DNA of 64,000 nucleotides from Lingula anatina (lineage: Eukaryota > Animalia > Brachiopoda). The stretch covers positions 9,734,001 to 9,798,000 of the forward strand of contig CM120649.1 of assembly GCA_051362555.1 (NCBI GenBank). The letters run 5' to 3'. This document shows, in pieces, positions 1 through 12,934 of this stretch. The first letter of the stretch is position 1, and every line of letters starts with the position of its first letter. The notes beneath the pieces are model-generated. The model was not told the DNA's origin. It was given only the letters and a program-made list of their open reading frames with translations, and searched no databases. The position numbers and the translations under genes are program-made.

Positions 1-908
1 TGTGTGTTAGAGAGAGAGAGAGAAGGGGGAGTGAGAGAGAGAACTTGTTTGTGGGAGGGTGTGGTAAGAGAGATAGAGAATTTAGTATTAAAAAAGCTCA
101 AAGAACTTCAAAATTGATTTTAAAAAACTAAACACAATAATTCTATGCCTATTTTGAAAGTTGTATTATTTTTAAAATACAAAAACAGAAAAATCTGACA
201 TTTTGTTAAAACAAAAAGGGTTCAGCTTATCCATTATTTTAAAACTAATAAAAAATTACATAACACATGACCAGGAGAATAAACTCTTTATATCTGTAAT
301 ATTCTGTCATTATATCATGCATACTCAGTTTTAGATATGCTCAAGATGACTTTAAAGGGTTAATGTGAACTGTTGAGATTTGGGTGGGGGTGGGAGGGAG
401 TTGTGCGCTTAGCAAAAATTTTGATATAGACAAAATTTTATGTATACATTCTGATGCTTGTGCATTGTCTGCTGTGACATTAAATGAGTCTGTATGTATT
501 CTGCTGAACTCATCTCAGCCTCACATCATCAGCACAGGTCAGTTCAACAACGATATTGCTACACTGTTGATTCTCTTCGATCCCATTGTGAACATTGTCG
601 CTATATGTTTTAGCTGAGAAATTATCATTTTGGAAAAAGGTGAATTAGATCCCACTCAGTTTTATACATATTCAAGGTGACAAGGGTTAATATAAACTGT
701 TTAGGGGCGGGGGTGTGCTCAGCAAAAATCTTGATATAAACAAAATTTCATATATAAATTCTGATGCCTGTTCATTGTCTGTTGTAACATTGAATGTGTC
801 TGCATGCATGTATTCTGATCACTGTCTATGTCTTTATTGGTGCTGTATATGTTTATTATAATATAATAATATATTTTGATCACTGTGTTATGTCTGTGTT
901 GTAACTAA

Positions 909-978
<70 letters not shown>

Positions 979-1371
979 GCGGATTTAGGGCGGATTCTGG
1001 GTCTTCCTGTATATATATATACCGGTATATATATATATATTTTTTATTGATGATTTATTATCTGTTTTCAGTAGAAATGAAGGTGTTTCCTGGATTATCA
1101 TCACACTGAGGACAGTTGAATTCATCTGTTCACCATCTCGATCTACAACCACACAGTGTCAGCAAAGGTCAGTGCAACAACAATATTGCCCTACTGCTGG
1201 TTCTATTCAATCCCTTTCTGACCTCGCCACTATATGTTGTAACTGGGAAATAATCAATTGTAAATGGGTCATTGAGATCCAAATCAGATTTTGATATGAT
1301 CAAGGTGACAAGGGTTAATGTTAACTGTTTGGAGTTGGGTTGCGAGGGTTCGCTTAGCAAAAATCTTGATA
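1..1371 (+). repeat. ~2.1-kb tandem repeat unit, copy 1, first segment (continues 6208-6433 and 12408-12934 after insertions)
   Basis: Near-identical to 12935-13480, 14502-15439 and 50298-51200. Contains GT/GA and (TA)n microsatellites and three ~330-bp internal subrepeats (gggttaatg..aactgttt..cttagcaaaaa..gacatt.aatg). Confidence 0.85.
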
Positions 1372-4300
1372 CAGTTACAGGATTAATAGCCTTGGTTTAT
1401 AATCCTTATGGTAGTTAAATGACTATTATCGGTGCGTTAATTATAGGGAATTAAACCTTAAGCCGTTGGGACCCAGCAGCGATAAATACTACTCCAACTC
1501 GGCCTAAATTTACTCAGCTCGCTTTTAGCCACCCACTGTGAGCAGGACACCATCATCAATAGAAAAGTACTCCTGCACTTTCATTTAGATAAACAGGGTG
1601 ATAAACCTGATGGGGTGAACGGGGTGAAAATACCGGTCTTTGTGAGTAAGAACAATAGCAGCCCGCGGATCGCGTCGCGTATTTCTCGAATTAAATGCTC
1701 TCAAATTGCCTTATACTGTTGAACAACCACGAAGAAAAAATTAATAACTGAAAGTCCTTGAATAATCCCACCTTTTATAATACTTTTTTTTACATTTCAA
1801 ATGACGAACATTTTGCTGTTGCGAAACACGCTAGTAAAAATTACGCACTATCTTTCCCGACTTGCGTTTATTCAGTTTGATGCACTGTAAAATTAAGAAA
1901 TTTAAATGTTATAATTATATCATTGTCAAGGTATTTAATTTCAATATCACAACTGCATAAATTTTCATAATTATTCTAGTCGTACACCATGATACACTGC
2001 AGTAGGGTTATAAGATTGCAGTCATTTTAATTATTCGTATGACAAACAAACTGCCAAATTATGAAAGTGGACACCTTCTGGACCTCCATACATACGGCAC
2101 CTGGCAAAGCTGATAGACAAAAAGGCAATTTTCACATTTTCAGCGCGAGATCGTTTGCAATCCGAGAGAGACGAGGAGGCAATTTTCTTATCTGCTAAAA
2201 AGACTTTGTTAGCCAAAGAGCAAGACGAGAACGCCAGTTTCGTATCGTCAGCGGGAGATCGTTCGCAATCTGAGTGAAACGACAATGCAATTCTCATATC
2301 CGTTCAATAGCTTCCGTTTGCGGAAGATCGTCAGCCGGAGATCGTTCTCGATCTAAGCGAGACGAAGAGGCAATTTTCATATTCATTCATGGGAATTGGT
2401 TCGAAAAAGAGTGTCAGCGGCAGATCGTTATCGATTGTTATTAACTCTCCCTTCCCATTGAAATTTATTATTTTATAAAATATTTTTCACTTCATCACAC
2501 TCCCACCCCATTTTGGACAGCCTGTATCCCAATCCTAGAAAAAAGGCTTGGTTCTGGGTGAAATGATGTAATTGAACTTAATTGAATAGCCGCAATGTAT
2601 TTAATTTTATCTGATGATTTTATTACTGGTGACAACTGAGCTATGATTTTTGGGCGAATTTAATTTATTTTAAATTTACATTTAACCGTACCTGGGAATT
2701 TTGAAAATCTGTGCTTAGAATTCTAAAAGGTCAGGTTACGCCCCTGATCCTTAACCTACCCCTCTCTGGTTAATTACTAGTTTACTTAACATCACAAAAC
2801 GCAGTAGATCACTTTCCTGAAACCGCACTAATACGTGTATCAACAGATTTGCTCGTGGGGTTTATGTAAAGGGGGGTTGATTTTAACTTGTGTATAGGCA
2901 ATGCTTAGGTTTTGCGTAGCTCGTGAAGTTTATATGCACTTTTTCTCAAAAATGTTTTAACATGTCCTGCCCCACCAGCCAGCTTTTGTTCATTACATCC
3001 TGGATATAGCGGTTTCGTTCGTGTCTCTTAAATATATGAGTCGTCGTAGAAACTTCCAAAACTTTACTTGCTTCATGAAAGTCTACCCTTCCACATCAAA
3101 GTCGAACATTCTGCGTGTGTTGCTAGACTTTGCTTTGATTATTTACAGCGACACAAGTTGATAGAAGTCTTATCCGCCCTGACGCGTAAACAAGAGTTGC
3201 AGCTCTTTGTTAGTTACGAGCTAATTGCACTCTTAACCTACCCCTCGCTGGTTAATTACTAGTTTAGTAAACAGTACAAAACGCAGTACAAAACGAAGAT
3301 CACTTTCCTAAAACAGAAAAAAAGCTCTGTATCAGTTCATATATGCTATCTCACCCATTATCACTACACAAATATGAGCAGTAACTGTCGTGTGTACTGG
3401 GTAAGGGGGTGGCAGTGAAACATTTGTAATAAATATAGATACAAAGAATGTTGGCATCCTTCACCCCCTGGTAAATAATTACAAAATTGGGTGATATGTA
3501 TTGTAGGGTGGCGTTTCGTTATTGTTTTTATTATCTTATCATTTTCTTTTGTGTGAACGTTCTTTGTCATGAAGTGCGTTGAGTCAGATGGTTTTATCCC
3601 CCGAATAGCTGACCGATTCACTGTCCATCTCATGCGTGTGGTAGTTGCTTTATATATATATTTGTTTTAGATTTGTTCGCAATGTATGTATATTACTTGG
3701 TATACGTTGCGGTGTACAGAATGTGGTCACAGACGTAAGTATTTGCATCGTGATAGTCTGGGCATCGAGATCTAGGTGGAGAAGGCAAATTAGGTTAATA
3801 ACGAAGTTTATGGCCATAGTAATTAGTGGTCGATTTCTCACCTCATTCTCTTCAACCAGAGGCAGTAACAGATAACCATCGCCTGTCTTTATTTCAGGGA
3901 CAATAGTGCTGTCTCATGAGAGCATTGATAGTTTCCTACTCTTTTGTCACTTCCTCTTCCATTGTCTGCTGAGGTATGTCCGATGAATACCGATAAGGAC
4001 AGAGACATCAGCACGCATATAACAATACTTCTGGAAGGCTCAAAATTATCACAGTTTATGTAATTTTATTTCAAAGATCAACTAAAAGATTGAAAGCACT
4101 CACTACCAACACTCGGAATTTGTACAAATACTTTTTTCGAAAAGAACTTTCTCAAACGGAATGTTGAGATGTTGGTATGTGCTTTGTAGGCTGTTGATTG
4201 AGATCGGGTTCAGCCCCGTCATAAGAAAATATATGTTATAGTGATCCAAAACTATGCGATATTATACTCATTTTTGCTTTATTCTTATTTAAGATATATT

Positions 4301-6207
4301 ATAATAACACCTGTAGGTGAAATAAGAATGTAGTGATGAAAAAAAAGTAGGAGGGAATACCAGAGGACTAACGGACTCCTTATATAAAATAATGACAGGG
4401 AGAAAACCTGATGTGAGAGTGGCCTTTGTCTTCTGTCTTTCTTTCAAATTTTACTGCACTGCAGATACCAATGTTTCTAACTTTTTGTTGAAGAATGCTG
4501 ATACTGGTACGTGTTACTTTGGAACGCTTGACCCACGTAGCATCCTAGGGGTATTTAAATTTTCACTGAGACAGGAAAAAAAAAAACAGAAGAAAAAATT
4601 GCTGAAGTGTTTCCTTTTATTCATACTGATGAATCTGTTATCTGTTTGCCAAAAATCATTTTTGGTTTGACCACATTCTCTATTGTGTCTGTCTGAAGAG
4701 AAAAAAGGATACAGGGTATATATTAGAAGCGTTTTACTTGGGAGGGGGGTCTACATATTCAATTTGTGTATGCGTACATGAAGAACAATTGTATTATTTT
4801 AAATAAGGTTTAATTACGTTTTGTTTACATTAATACAAACGCTGGATAATTTTTACAGAAAGTTAATTGTCCTTAAAACGTCCTATATTTTATCAAATTT
4901 TCAGCAAGCAATAATCTGTAAAATGAAGCAAATAAAAACAAACAATTTAAACACTGAAAATTCTTATGAAAATTAGGCTATTTAAGGGACCTTTTATTAC
5001 TTCATATGAAAAACGGACCTATTTAAAACAACAACTTTTACCAGCAAGAAAATGTTGATAACAAAATAATACTGAACGTTGCATGCAGTGAATATGTTAG
5101 TTCGAATGTTAGTTTGATCTTTTTTTCCACAATTTAAAAGTTTAACTTTTTTTTAGTTTTAACTTGTTACTTAAAAGTCTAATTTAGTTTAATAGTGTAA
5201 CCGAACAAATGTTGATTCCATGCAATTAATGGTTATAAAATTTAAGTTGTCTTTTAGGTGAAACATTAAAACAAAAATAGTGAGCAACATGGCAACATAA
5301 AAATGACCACAAACAAACCAATAAATTAACACTGTCGTCGGATAAGGCATGTACATGTGCTTACATCGTCTGAATTACCTTTGTAACCGTACTTGTAACC
5401 TGAAATTCAATTGGAAATAAAAGTGTAAAGTAAACAAAAAAGGGCAGAGGTGCATAAGCACTTTTAACAGTTTTATCTAAAAGCGAAAACGACTTTGTCG
5501 CTATATAGTTAGCGCGTTCGATATATTGTTGCTTGCACATGTAAAAAATGGCGCCGAAATATCAGCCGCATGCTCAAAGTCGATTCGATGCGGAATGTAG
5601 TTATTGTTTTGAAAATAATTTTTCTGTGAATGGTGGCCTGAAAAGATGTTAACAGTGTAATATGAAGTTTTAAAGAACATATTAAACCACGGCAGCATTA
5701 GTATATTCATATCAAGCAGACTCTGTGCATATACACGAGTCATGCCCTGCAATGTGAGGGTCACGCTGTCGAGATCGGCCGGTAAACTGTTCAGGTAAAA
5801 TTTTAGTAATGCTCGGCAAATCCATAATGAAATAAGTCAATCAAGTTGTCTAGGGAGATATATGATGCAAGCACGTTCCACAAGGTTATAATTAACTGAA
5901 GCGATCTTATTAGCTGATTCAACGAGCCACGCGTCGTTTACCGGATTACATAACAAGCAAAGATAAAGTGGTGTTGGCGTCCCGCTGCAGCTTCAACAGC
6001 TTATTTTGACAAGGCTCGCGCTAAGTGCTGGCTTGAGAAAAACATCATTGTTAAACCTTAATGCCGATGCGTTAATTACTTATGGTCGCATTGTCTTCTT
6101 CCCACGGCGACCATTCATAAAAAGGGGGCGTAGTTAGGTATTAGACGAATTTTTTAATCACCCCACGCGTTAGTGGTGCGTTGTCCTCTGACATAATCCG
6201 TTACCTG
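1372..6207. mobile_element. 4.8-kb non-autonomous DNA transposon-like insertion with TA target duplication
   Basis: Interrupts gaTAtaaac, which is intact in the other repeat copies: gaTA|cagttacaggatta...taatccgttacctg|TAtaaac. Imperfect TIRs CAG.TA..GGATTA. No long ORF. Confidence 0.7.
2110..2430. repeat. Degenerate short tandem repeats
   Basis: Recurring motifs ggcaattttc, cagcg.gagatcgtt and gagacga repeated 4-5 times. Confidence 0.6.
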
Positions 6208-6433
6208 TATAAACAAAATTTTATGTATAAATCTTGCTGCCTTTGGATTGTCTGTTGAGACATTGAATGTGTCTATATTTATTCTGATCACTGTCTATGT
6301 CTTTATTGTCACTGTATGTGTTTATTATAATATAATAATTTTGATCACTTTGTTACACATTTTTTAAAAATGGCCCAATTGTTTTGACCAAGTGGGCCAA
6401 AGTGGCCCTATGAGATTTTGACTCAGGAATAAG
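6208..6433 (+). repeat. ~2.1-kb tandem repeat unit, copy 1, middle segment
   Basis: Matches 13679-13905 and 19120-19353. Confidence 0.8.
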
Positions 6434-6589
6434 TTTAAAGTTTATTTCACTGTAACATATGCATCCACTTGTGTGGATGAAAATGACAATATGAATACAA
6501 TTTTTGTGAATATGTTATTAAACAATCACAATGAGTAAGAATATTAACTTATTTACTATTAAAAAAAAAAAAAATTACTATTACTACTA

Positions 6590-9500
6590 TTACTCAATTG
6601 CGATGAGTGCAGCACTATCTTGTAGATCCCTCCTAGCAAAAGCAGAGGAGAGAAACTGAGCTAGTGCAATAATGGTTTCTTTTTCTTGACATTTCATAAT
6701 TATAGTAAATTTTTCATCAGTTGTTTTTAGGCCAAAATGTGTATCGTGTTTTGTAAATACCTTATATAATATTGTGCGCAGGTCGTTGTATAGGGGGCAT
6801 GTTGTGAGAAAGTGTTTTTCGTCTTCAATTTTGTCTTTAGAACAGTAATGGCATATTCTGTCGGTCCGAGGAGTGTTGTTGTATCTGCCTGTTTCAATGT
6901 GAAGTTTATGCCCACTGGTGCGAAAATGGCTTAGGTCTTTTATCAGTATCGTGAAGAAGGTCTAGATATTTTTCTTTTTTGAATGTATTTTTGAATTGGC
7001 AATATACTTTGGATTTGGAATTGTGCTCAAGCTCACTGTGCCAGTTTTGTACGTACCCACTAATGATTCGTTCTCTGAACATACTTAGGAAATTTATGTC
7101 AGGATCCTGCTTTAGCCATACATCTCCAAATCCGTTTTCAAACAAGAGTTTCATAATACCTTCACTCCATGACAGGTTATCATCATTCAAATTTGGCAGG
7201 CTTTCTGTTGTGAGTAAATTGTAATAATGTAATTCATCTAGGTATGCTTGTTTGAGTAGGTTGTTTTCGTCTGTGCGTAATATTTTGAGCCAAAATTTTA
7301 TTAATTGTATGTTAATTTTTATGTAAACAGGAATCCTTCCAGTCTCTCCTCTTACTGTGTGGTTTGAAGTTTTTGGGTGAACACCTAAAATTTGTTTACA
7401 AAAACTGAGATTTAGCTTTTCCGATGGAGTTCTGTCTGTAAGGGGGGTATATCCCCAGACCTCTGATCCGTACGTTGCAATTGGCATTATGATTGTATCG
7501 AAAAGTTTTTCCTTGAGGGATGATTTAATAGAGCTGGTTAGATGAAAGTAACTTTTTAGTGCAAAAAATGCTTTTTGTGCTTTTTCTTTTAATCTTGTTT
7601 GAGCTGCAGTGAATTTGCCAGATCTAGTGAAAAGAATTCCTAGGTAATTGTAGCTAGACGAGATAGTGAGTAGTTTACCGCCAATGTTAAATCTGTGTTT
7701 GCTTTGAGTGGTGCCGTCCGTGATTTTTCCCTTGCTGTTGAAAATGACAACTTGGGTTTTTTAAATGTTTATCGAAAGTCTCCATAGTTTACAATACGTT
7801 TTTAGACAATCCAGGCTATATTGGAGACCTAATGGGCTTTTCGAAAAGAGAACTAGGTCGTCAGCATAGAATAGCCCAGACACCGGTTTATTATTGATCA
7901 GAGGGGGGTCACTTTTTGAATTGTCTATACCTCTTAGTAAATCATCTACAAATAGGTTAAACAAGAATGGGCTTAGAGTATCCCCTTGCTTAACACCTTT
8001 ATATGTGGAGAATGAATCGGTGATGCCGGAAGGGGTTTTAACACAAGCCGTTGCATGACTATACATGGTTTTGATGTTTCTGTAAAATTTCCCACCAACC
8101 CCAAGCTTTAACAGTTTATACAGGAGACCCTCTCTCCAAACACAGTCAAACGCCTTACTGAAGTCTATAAAACACGTGTACAGTTTTCTTTTAGACCTAG
8201 CGAATTTTGTTACAAGTGACTTGAGAATAAATGTGTTGTTTGCAGTACTGTGATTTTCCCTAAATCCTGCTTGATGGGGGAGTGGGACGCCCTTCTTTTT
8301 GCATTCGCTTTTAAGCCTGGTTAGCAGGATTGAGTTATATAATTTTCCAACACAACTGGTTATGGAAATTCCACGATAGTTGTCTGCTTTGCTGGGGTCG
8401 CCTGATTTGAATATAGGTATAATAAAACTTTTATTCCAAATATCTGGATATTCTGCTCTGTGGAAGACGGCATTAAATAGTTTGTGAAGAATTGGTGCTA
8501 TTATTGTTTTACTGGATTTTAACATTTCATTTGTGATTTTGTCTTCCCCAGGTGATTTATTGTTTCCTAGGGAGTTGATTCCCTTAATAATCTCCTCTGT
8601 GGTTATCTCATGATCTAAGAGACTGATATTGTCATTGTTTGCCTCCATAATTGGGAGCTGGGATTCAACATTCTCTTTAAAGGTGTTATCGTAATCACCG
8701 CTATCGGCGTTACTGCTGAGATTTTTGAAGTGTTCAAAAAATATGTTAGGGTCTACATAATCCTTGGCATTTGAGCTTGTGGTTTTGTCGTTTAGTTCTT
8801 TAATTGTTTGCCAAAATACTTTCGGGTCAGTATTTTCCATAGATTTGAGCTTTTCAAGAAGGTCTGACTTGTATTTATGCTGGGCTTTTTTACAGGCTCG
8901 TTTGTATTTGTTCATGGCAGAGTAGTATGTGCCTGAGACTACAGGGTCGTTGGGGAATTTATTTCTGGATTTGCTGAGTGTTTTAAGTTCACTTTTCATT
9001 TCCTTTAATGTTTTGTTGTACCACTTTCTTTGATTGGTTTTTCTTTTCTTTGTAGAGTATCTGATGCATTTTAGTGATTTTTCAGCGGCTGTTGCCATTA
9101 TTGAATTGAACTGGTCAACTAAAGTTGTTGAATTAAGAGGGCTTTGGTTTTGGAGGTCCAGTGTGTCGTTAAGGTTTTTGATAAGTCTTTGACATTCTGT
9201 GCTAGCAAGAGCACTTGTGAATTTTTCACTAGAATCCTTGGACCAGGTGTATTTAGGTGGTTTTGGTTTTAACTTTTTTTCTTGACCTTCTTTGTGGGTG
9301 ATGTTGCATGGCAGCATATAATGGAGGGGGCAGTGGTCTGAGTGGGGGGTTAAATCTTCAACTTTCATATAGAGAATATTGCAGAAGAGCTCAGTACTAC
9401 ATAAGACATAATCGACAGTGCTGCACCCACCTGGTTGGAAGCTGGTAAAATTCCCTAGTAGGTCTCCTGCTTTCCTTCCATTAAGAATTCTAACTTTGCT

Positions 9501-10145
9501 GGACTTGCATAAGTCTAATAACTTTTTTCCATACTCGTTTGTTTTGTGTGTGTCCATATTGTTTCTTTGCACGGGAGTGTCACAAACGTAGTATCCATTG
9601 TTTATCGGCAAATGAAGGGATGAATCCTGTTCAATAAAGTCTGAGTGAATATTGGTGTAGGCATTAAAGTACCCTTGTACAATAATGTCACATTCCTTGG
9701 CATACTGAACAATCTCATTGTGGATCTCATCAAACATGTCCATCTTTGTACGATTGCTATAACTGGAGTTAGCCGGACTTATATATACTGTAGCTAGCAT
9801 AATGTCTTTTTCTGTTTGGAAAAATGCTTTTTTAAGTTTAAGACTTAAAATATATTCGTTCCTACTAGTAATTCTTTCTACACCAGTGTTTAAACACTTT
9901 TTCACAAATATGACTATCCCTCCAGAGTTCCTACGTGCTGTTTTTAGTTTTGATTTTCTATAGCAGTGAAATGTGACATATCCTGGCATTGAAGGTATTG
10001 TATTGCTATCAGTCCATGTCTCTGTAAGTGCAAAGATATCGTATTGTGTAATGAGACTGATAAGATCTGTGTCTTCAAGTTTTGACCCTAGACCTTGAAT
10101 GTTCCAGCATCCGATACGAATGCTCTCTTGTTGTATTCTTCTCAT
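6590..10145 (-). pseudogene. LINE ORF2: AP endonuclease, reverse transcriptase, C-terminal CCHC finger (disrupted)
   Basis: APE motifs WNIQGL, LTETW, GYFNA (GDFNA altered), VDY, SDHCPL. RT motifs YRGISI, DFSKAFD, GVKQGDTLSP, YADD. In-frame stop at 7761 followed by YGSEVWG. Frameshift near 6935, then HIETGR...RICHYC...EDEKHFLTTCPLY, with stop at 6590. Confidence 0.92.
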
Positions 10146-10177
10146 GAATTGAATGAAAAGTTACTGATGTCCCCTCG

Positions 10178-11997
10178 CTAATTACGCCGAACCAGTTTCC
10201 AGTCGTAGTATCCATTATCCTCTGGGGAAGAATGCGTGTTATGATTGTGGGTTTGTTTGCGCGCGTAGCGTTGGAATGTATGTTTTCCATGCGTGTACCT
10301 GTCATTGTACCTGTATGAGGGATGACCATGACTCTCAGTTTTTGACATCGGCATTTCCACATCTTGCTTTCGCCATCCAAGAGTGTATTTAGTGTGTATA
10401 ATTAGCCTTGGAAGTCCGTGTCGGTCATTTAAGTGGACCTCATCATGGTAAAGAGCCTCGCATAAGCCATAGTCAGTACACACAACAGCGTCATTACATT
10501 GGAATTGAATCCCTTTGGAAGAACATAGTTGTTCTAACTGCTTGTTGATTTTGTTAATGCTATAGTATGCCATGTCTCTGCGAGGCAATAAACCAGACAC
10601 AATGATCTTTTTCCCTGAGAACTTTTCTTGCGCTGTTGTAATCATTTTTTGATAGTCTTGCGGTAACAGCTCTGCATTTAATTTGATGTCATTTGTCCCT
10701 GTATGAATAAGACATGACTGCAGTCTGGATTGTCCATTCTATTTATGAAGTTATGCATTTCCTTTACCCCTCCTCTTACATATTTGTGTTTAAAGGATCC
10801 TAATGTTGAAGCACGTGCGCAGTCTAGACGATTGAATGTTGAATCTGACAGGATCAACACAGCTTCTTTATTTACAGAATTGTGGCTCACTCCCCTGGTT
10901 GGCACTCTTTTTGTAGCTTTTGAGTTGTTTTCTGCATTGTTGCTCTTGCCTTGTGATTTGGGTGGATCTTTTGAAAGATAATCTGTTTGTTTGATAATTT
11001 TGGCACAATCAGCATATGATGGTCTGCCTGTGTTATCATCTTCTCTCTTTTGTGGATTTTGGGCATCCTTCGCTGTTTGTTTTTGACTCTTTGGAGATGC
11101 TGCTGATTTGTTTTCACACTCTGGGGATGGTTTGTTTTCACACATTTGGCTCCTCTTTTTTTCTTTTGACTCTTGAAGTGTTTTCACTTCCTTTTCTACT
11201 CTTTTAAGTTCTAATTCCAGATCTGATTTGAGTTTGGACATTTCCCTAATTTCTTTCAGTTCTGCTTTAGTTTCCTTTAATTCAGTTTCAAGGTGGGAGG
11301 TTTTCTTAACAAGTGTATTTAACTTCTCTGCTTTTAGTTTGACTAGCTCCATTAATTGCTTGTTGTTGTTTGTCTGTGTCTGCATTGACGCGTCCAAGCG
11401 CATAATTAAAGCTGTGTAGGAAGCTTCCATGTTGGACAGGGTATTGTTAATTACCAGAAAGTTTGACTCAATGGTACGCTTCGTTGCACTCGCTTTGTTA
11501 AGTAGGCTCCTTTTCACAGAGGGTGTCACTGTGGGTGTGCTTGGGCCTGGGCTGTTGAGGTTGATAGTTTCCTGGTAGAGACAGCTGTTGGTGTCAGCAG
11601 ACTCATCTTTTTGAAACAACTCGGTGTTCACCCTTCCATTCAAGTCATTTAAATTAAAGCTGCTATCAAAGACCATGTCCGTTATATTTTTTTCTTCTTC
11701 AAGAGTTTGTGGGGTTTCATTCTGTGTGCCACTTGTGATAGCATTTGTTTCTTTCTTAGTCTTTTTCTCATATTCTTCACATGAAAAAACATTTTCACCA
11801 TCATAAACAAGGAAATCTTCTATTCCGGATGATTCCATAAATTTTTTGGCTCCTGTAAAATGGACATATCCTCTGTGCGATGCTCCTTTGAAAAGGTTGA
11901 CTTGGTCATGAGCTTTGCACCATTGTTTGTATACTCCTGGTACCCTTCCTTTTGAAACGGAATAATAGTTTTTGTCTTTCTTGTTTTTCCCTTCCAT
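10178..11997 (-). pseudogene. LINE ORF1: RNase H1 N-terminal (Cauli_VI-like) domain, coiled coil, SGNH esterase; one frameshift
   Basis: N-terminal YYSVSKGRVPGVYKQW...VNLFKGASHRGY; heptad-rich middle. SGNH blocks LILSDS, HTGTND (restored across a frameshift near 10709), IIVSGLLPR, DEVHLN. Confidence 0.8.
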
Positions 11998-12407
11998 GAT
12001 TTAGATAATAGGCAGTTTTTGTCTTTGAAAATAATTAATAGCAGTTAAAATATGTTCAAGAGTCTTCTAGATTTGTTTCTATATTGTTTGAATATTCCTG
12101 AACTATCATATATTCTATCTGAGTTTACCTATAGTCACTTGCTCCAGTGTCCATCTGAGACCCTCCATTGAATTTGAAGTGAAATCATCCTCCTCTGTGA
12201 CCTCTCCACCTTCTACTTGAAATATCCAATATTAAAGTCCTCATTTACTCCTTATTTGTGTTCCCATTGAATTTTTTCCATATTCATGCACAATTTCTGA
12301 CTGGATTTGTCTTTGTTAAGAGCTTAGGACATCAGTATTTAAGTGTATCAGCTCACTACCTGACTGTGCACAACTTCCATGTCGGCCATCTTAACTTTAG
12401 GAATAAG

Positions 12408-12934
12408 GATCCCTGTTATTCTAAGGAAATTCCAATGACTTTACTTTTTAAAACATAAAATCAATAGAATGTTTCTAATATAAATTTTCAAAAGAACACC
12501 ATAGGGCAAATTTAATTAAATCAACCAGCGGGTAAACACTGGAAGGCTTTGTCAATTTCAACAACTTGTTCATTTCAAACAGTGCAGTTTTCGTGCATGC
12601 GCAGTCGTTTGAATCCTGTGCTATTGTGTGAACAATTATTTTGAATGAATTATACAAATCAATTTGTTCATTTTTCTTTGGTTTGTTACATATTTTCTAT
12701 TTCAAGATATGATACTTTACTGCTTGGGGATGCTCTTCCCATATTGCTGCATTTTACAATGTAGTGCTTGCTTTATCCACTTGGCGGCAGCACCTTACAG
12801 TGAAGCTGAAGTCTTCATTTAATCTTAATGATGTCTTGGTGTGTTTCGTGTGTGTGTGTGTGTGTGTGAAAGAGAGAAAGAGTTAGTGTGTGTGTGTGTT
12901 CAATCTTGATGTCTTGGTGTGTTTCTTGTATGTG
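12408..12934 (+). repeat. ~2.1-kb tandem repeat unit, copy 1, last segment
   Basis: Matches 13906-14500 and 19354-20141. Confidence 0.8.

Larger units (their letters stand above)
6434..12398 (-). mobile_element. Full-length non-LTR retrotransposon (APE-RT LINE, RTEX-like)
   Basis: 9-bp TSD AGGAATAAG at 6425-6433 and 12399-12407; the empty site is seen in other repeat copies. 5' end AAAGTTAAGATGGCCGAC; 3' end AATAAA plus short ctttaaa tail. ORF1 and ORF2 both present. Confidence 0.9.

Noticed and set aside
384-1360. Short ORFs recurring in the 2.1-kb repeat, including YI/HT/CV dipeptide ORFs
   Set aside because: Products of microsatellites and repeat copies; frames are not conserved between copies.
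2110-2430. CRISPR-like repeat-spacer pattern
   Set aside because: Repeats are degenerate and irregular, the context is eukaryotic, and there are no cas genes.
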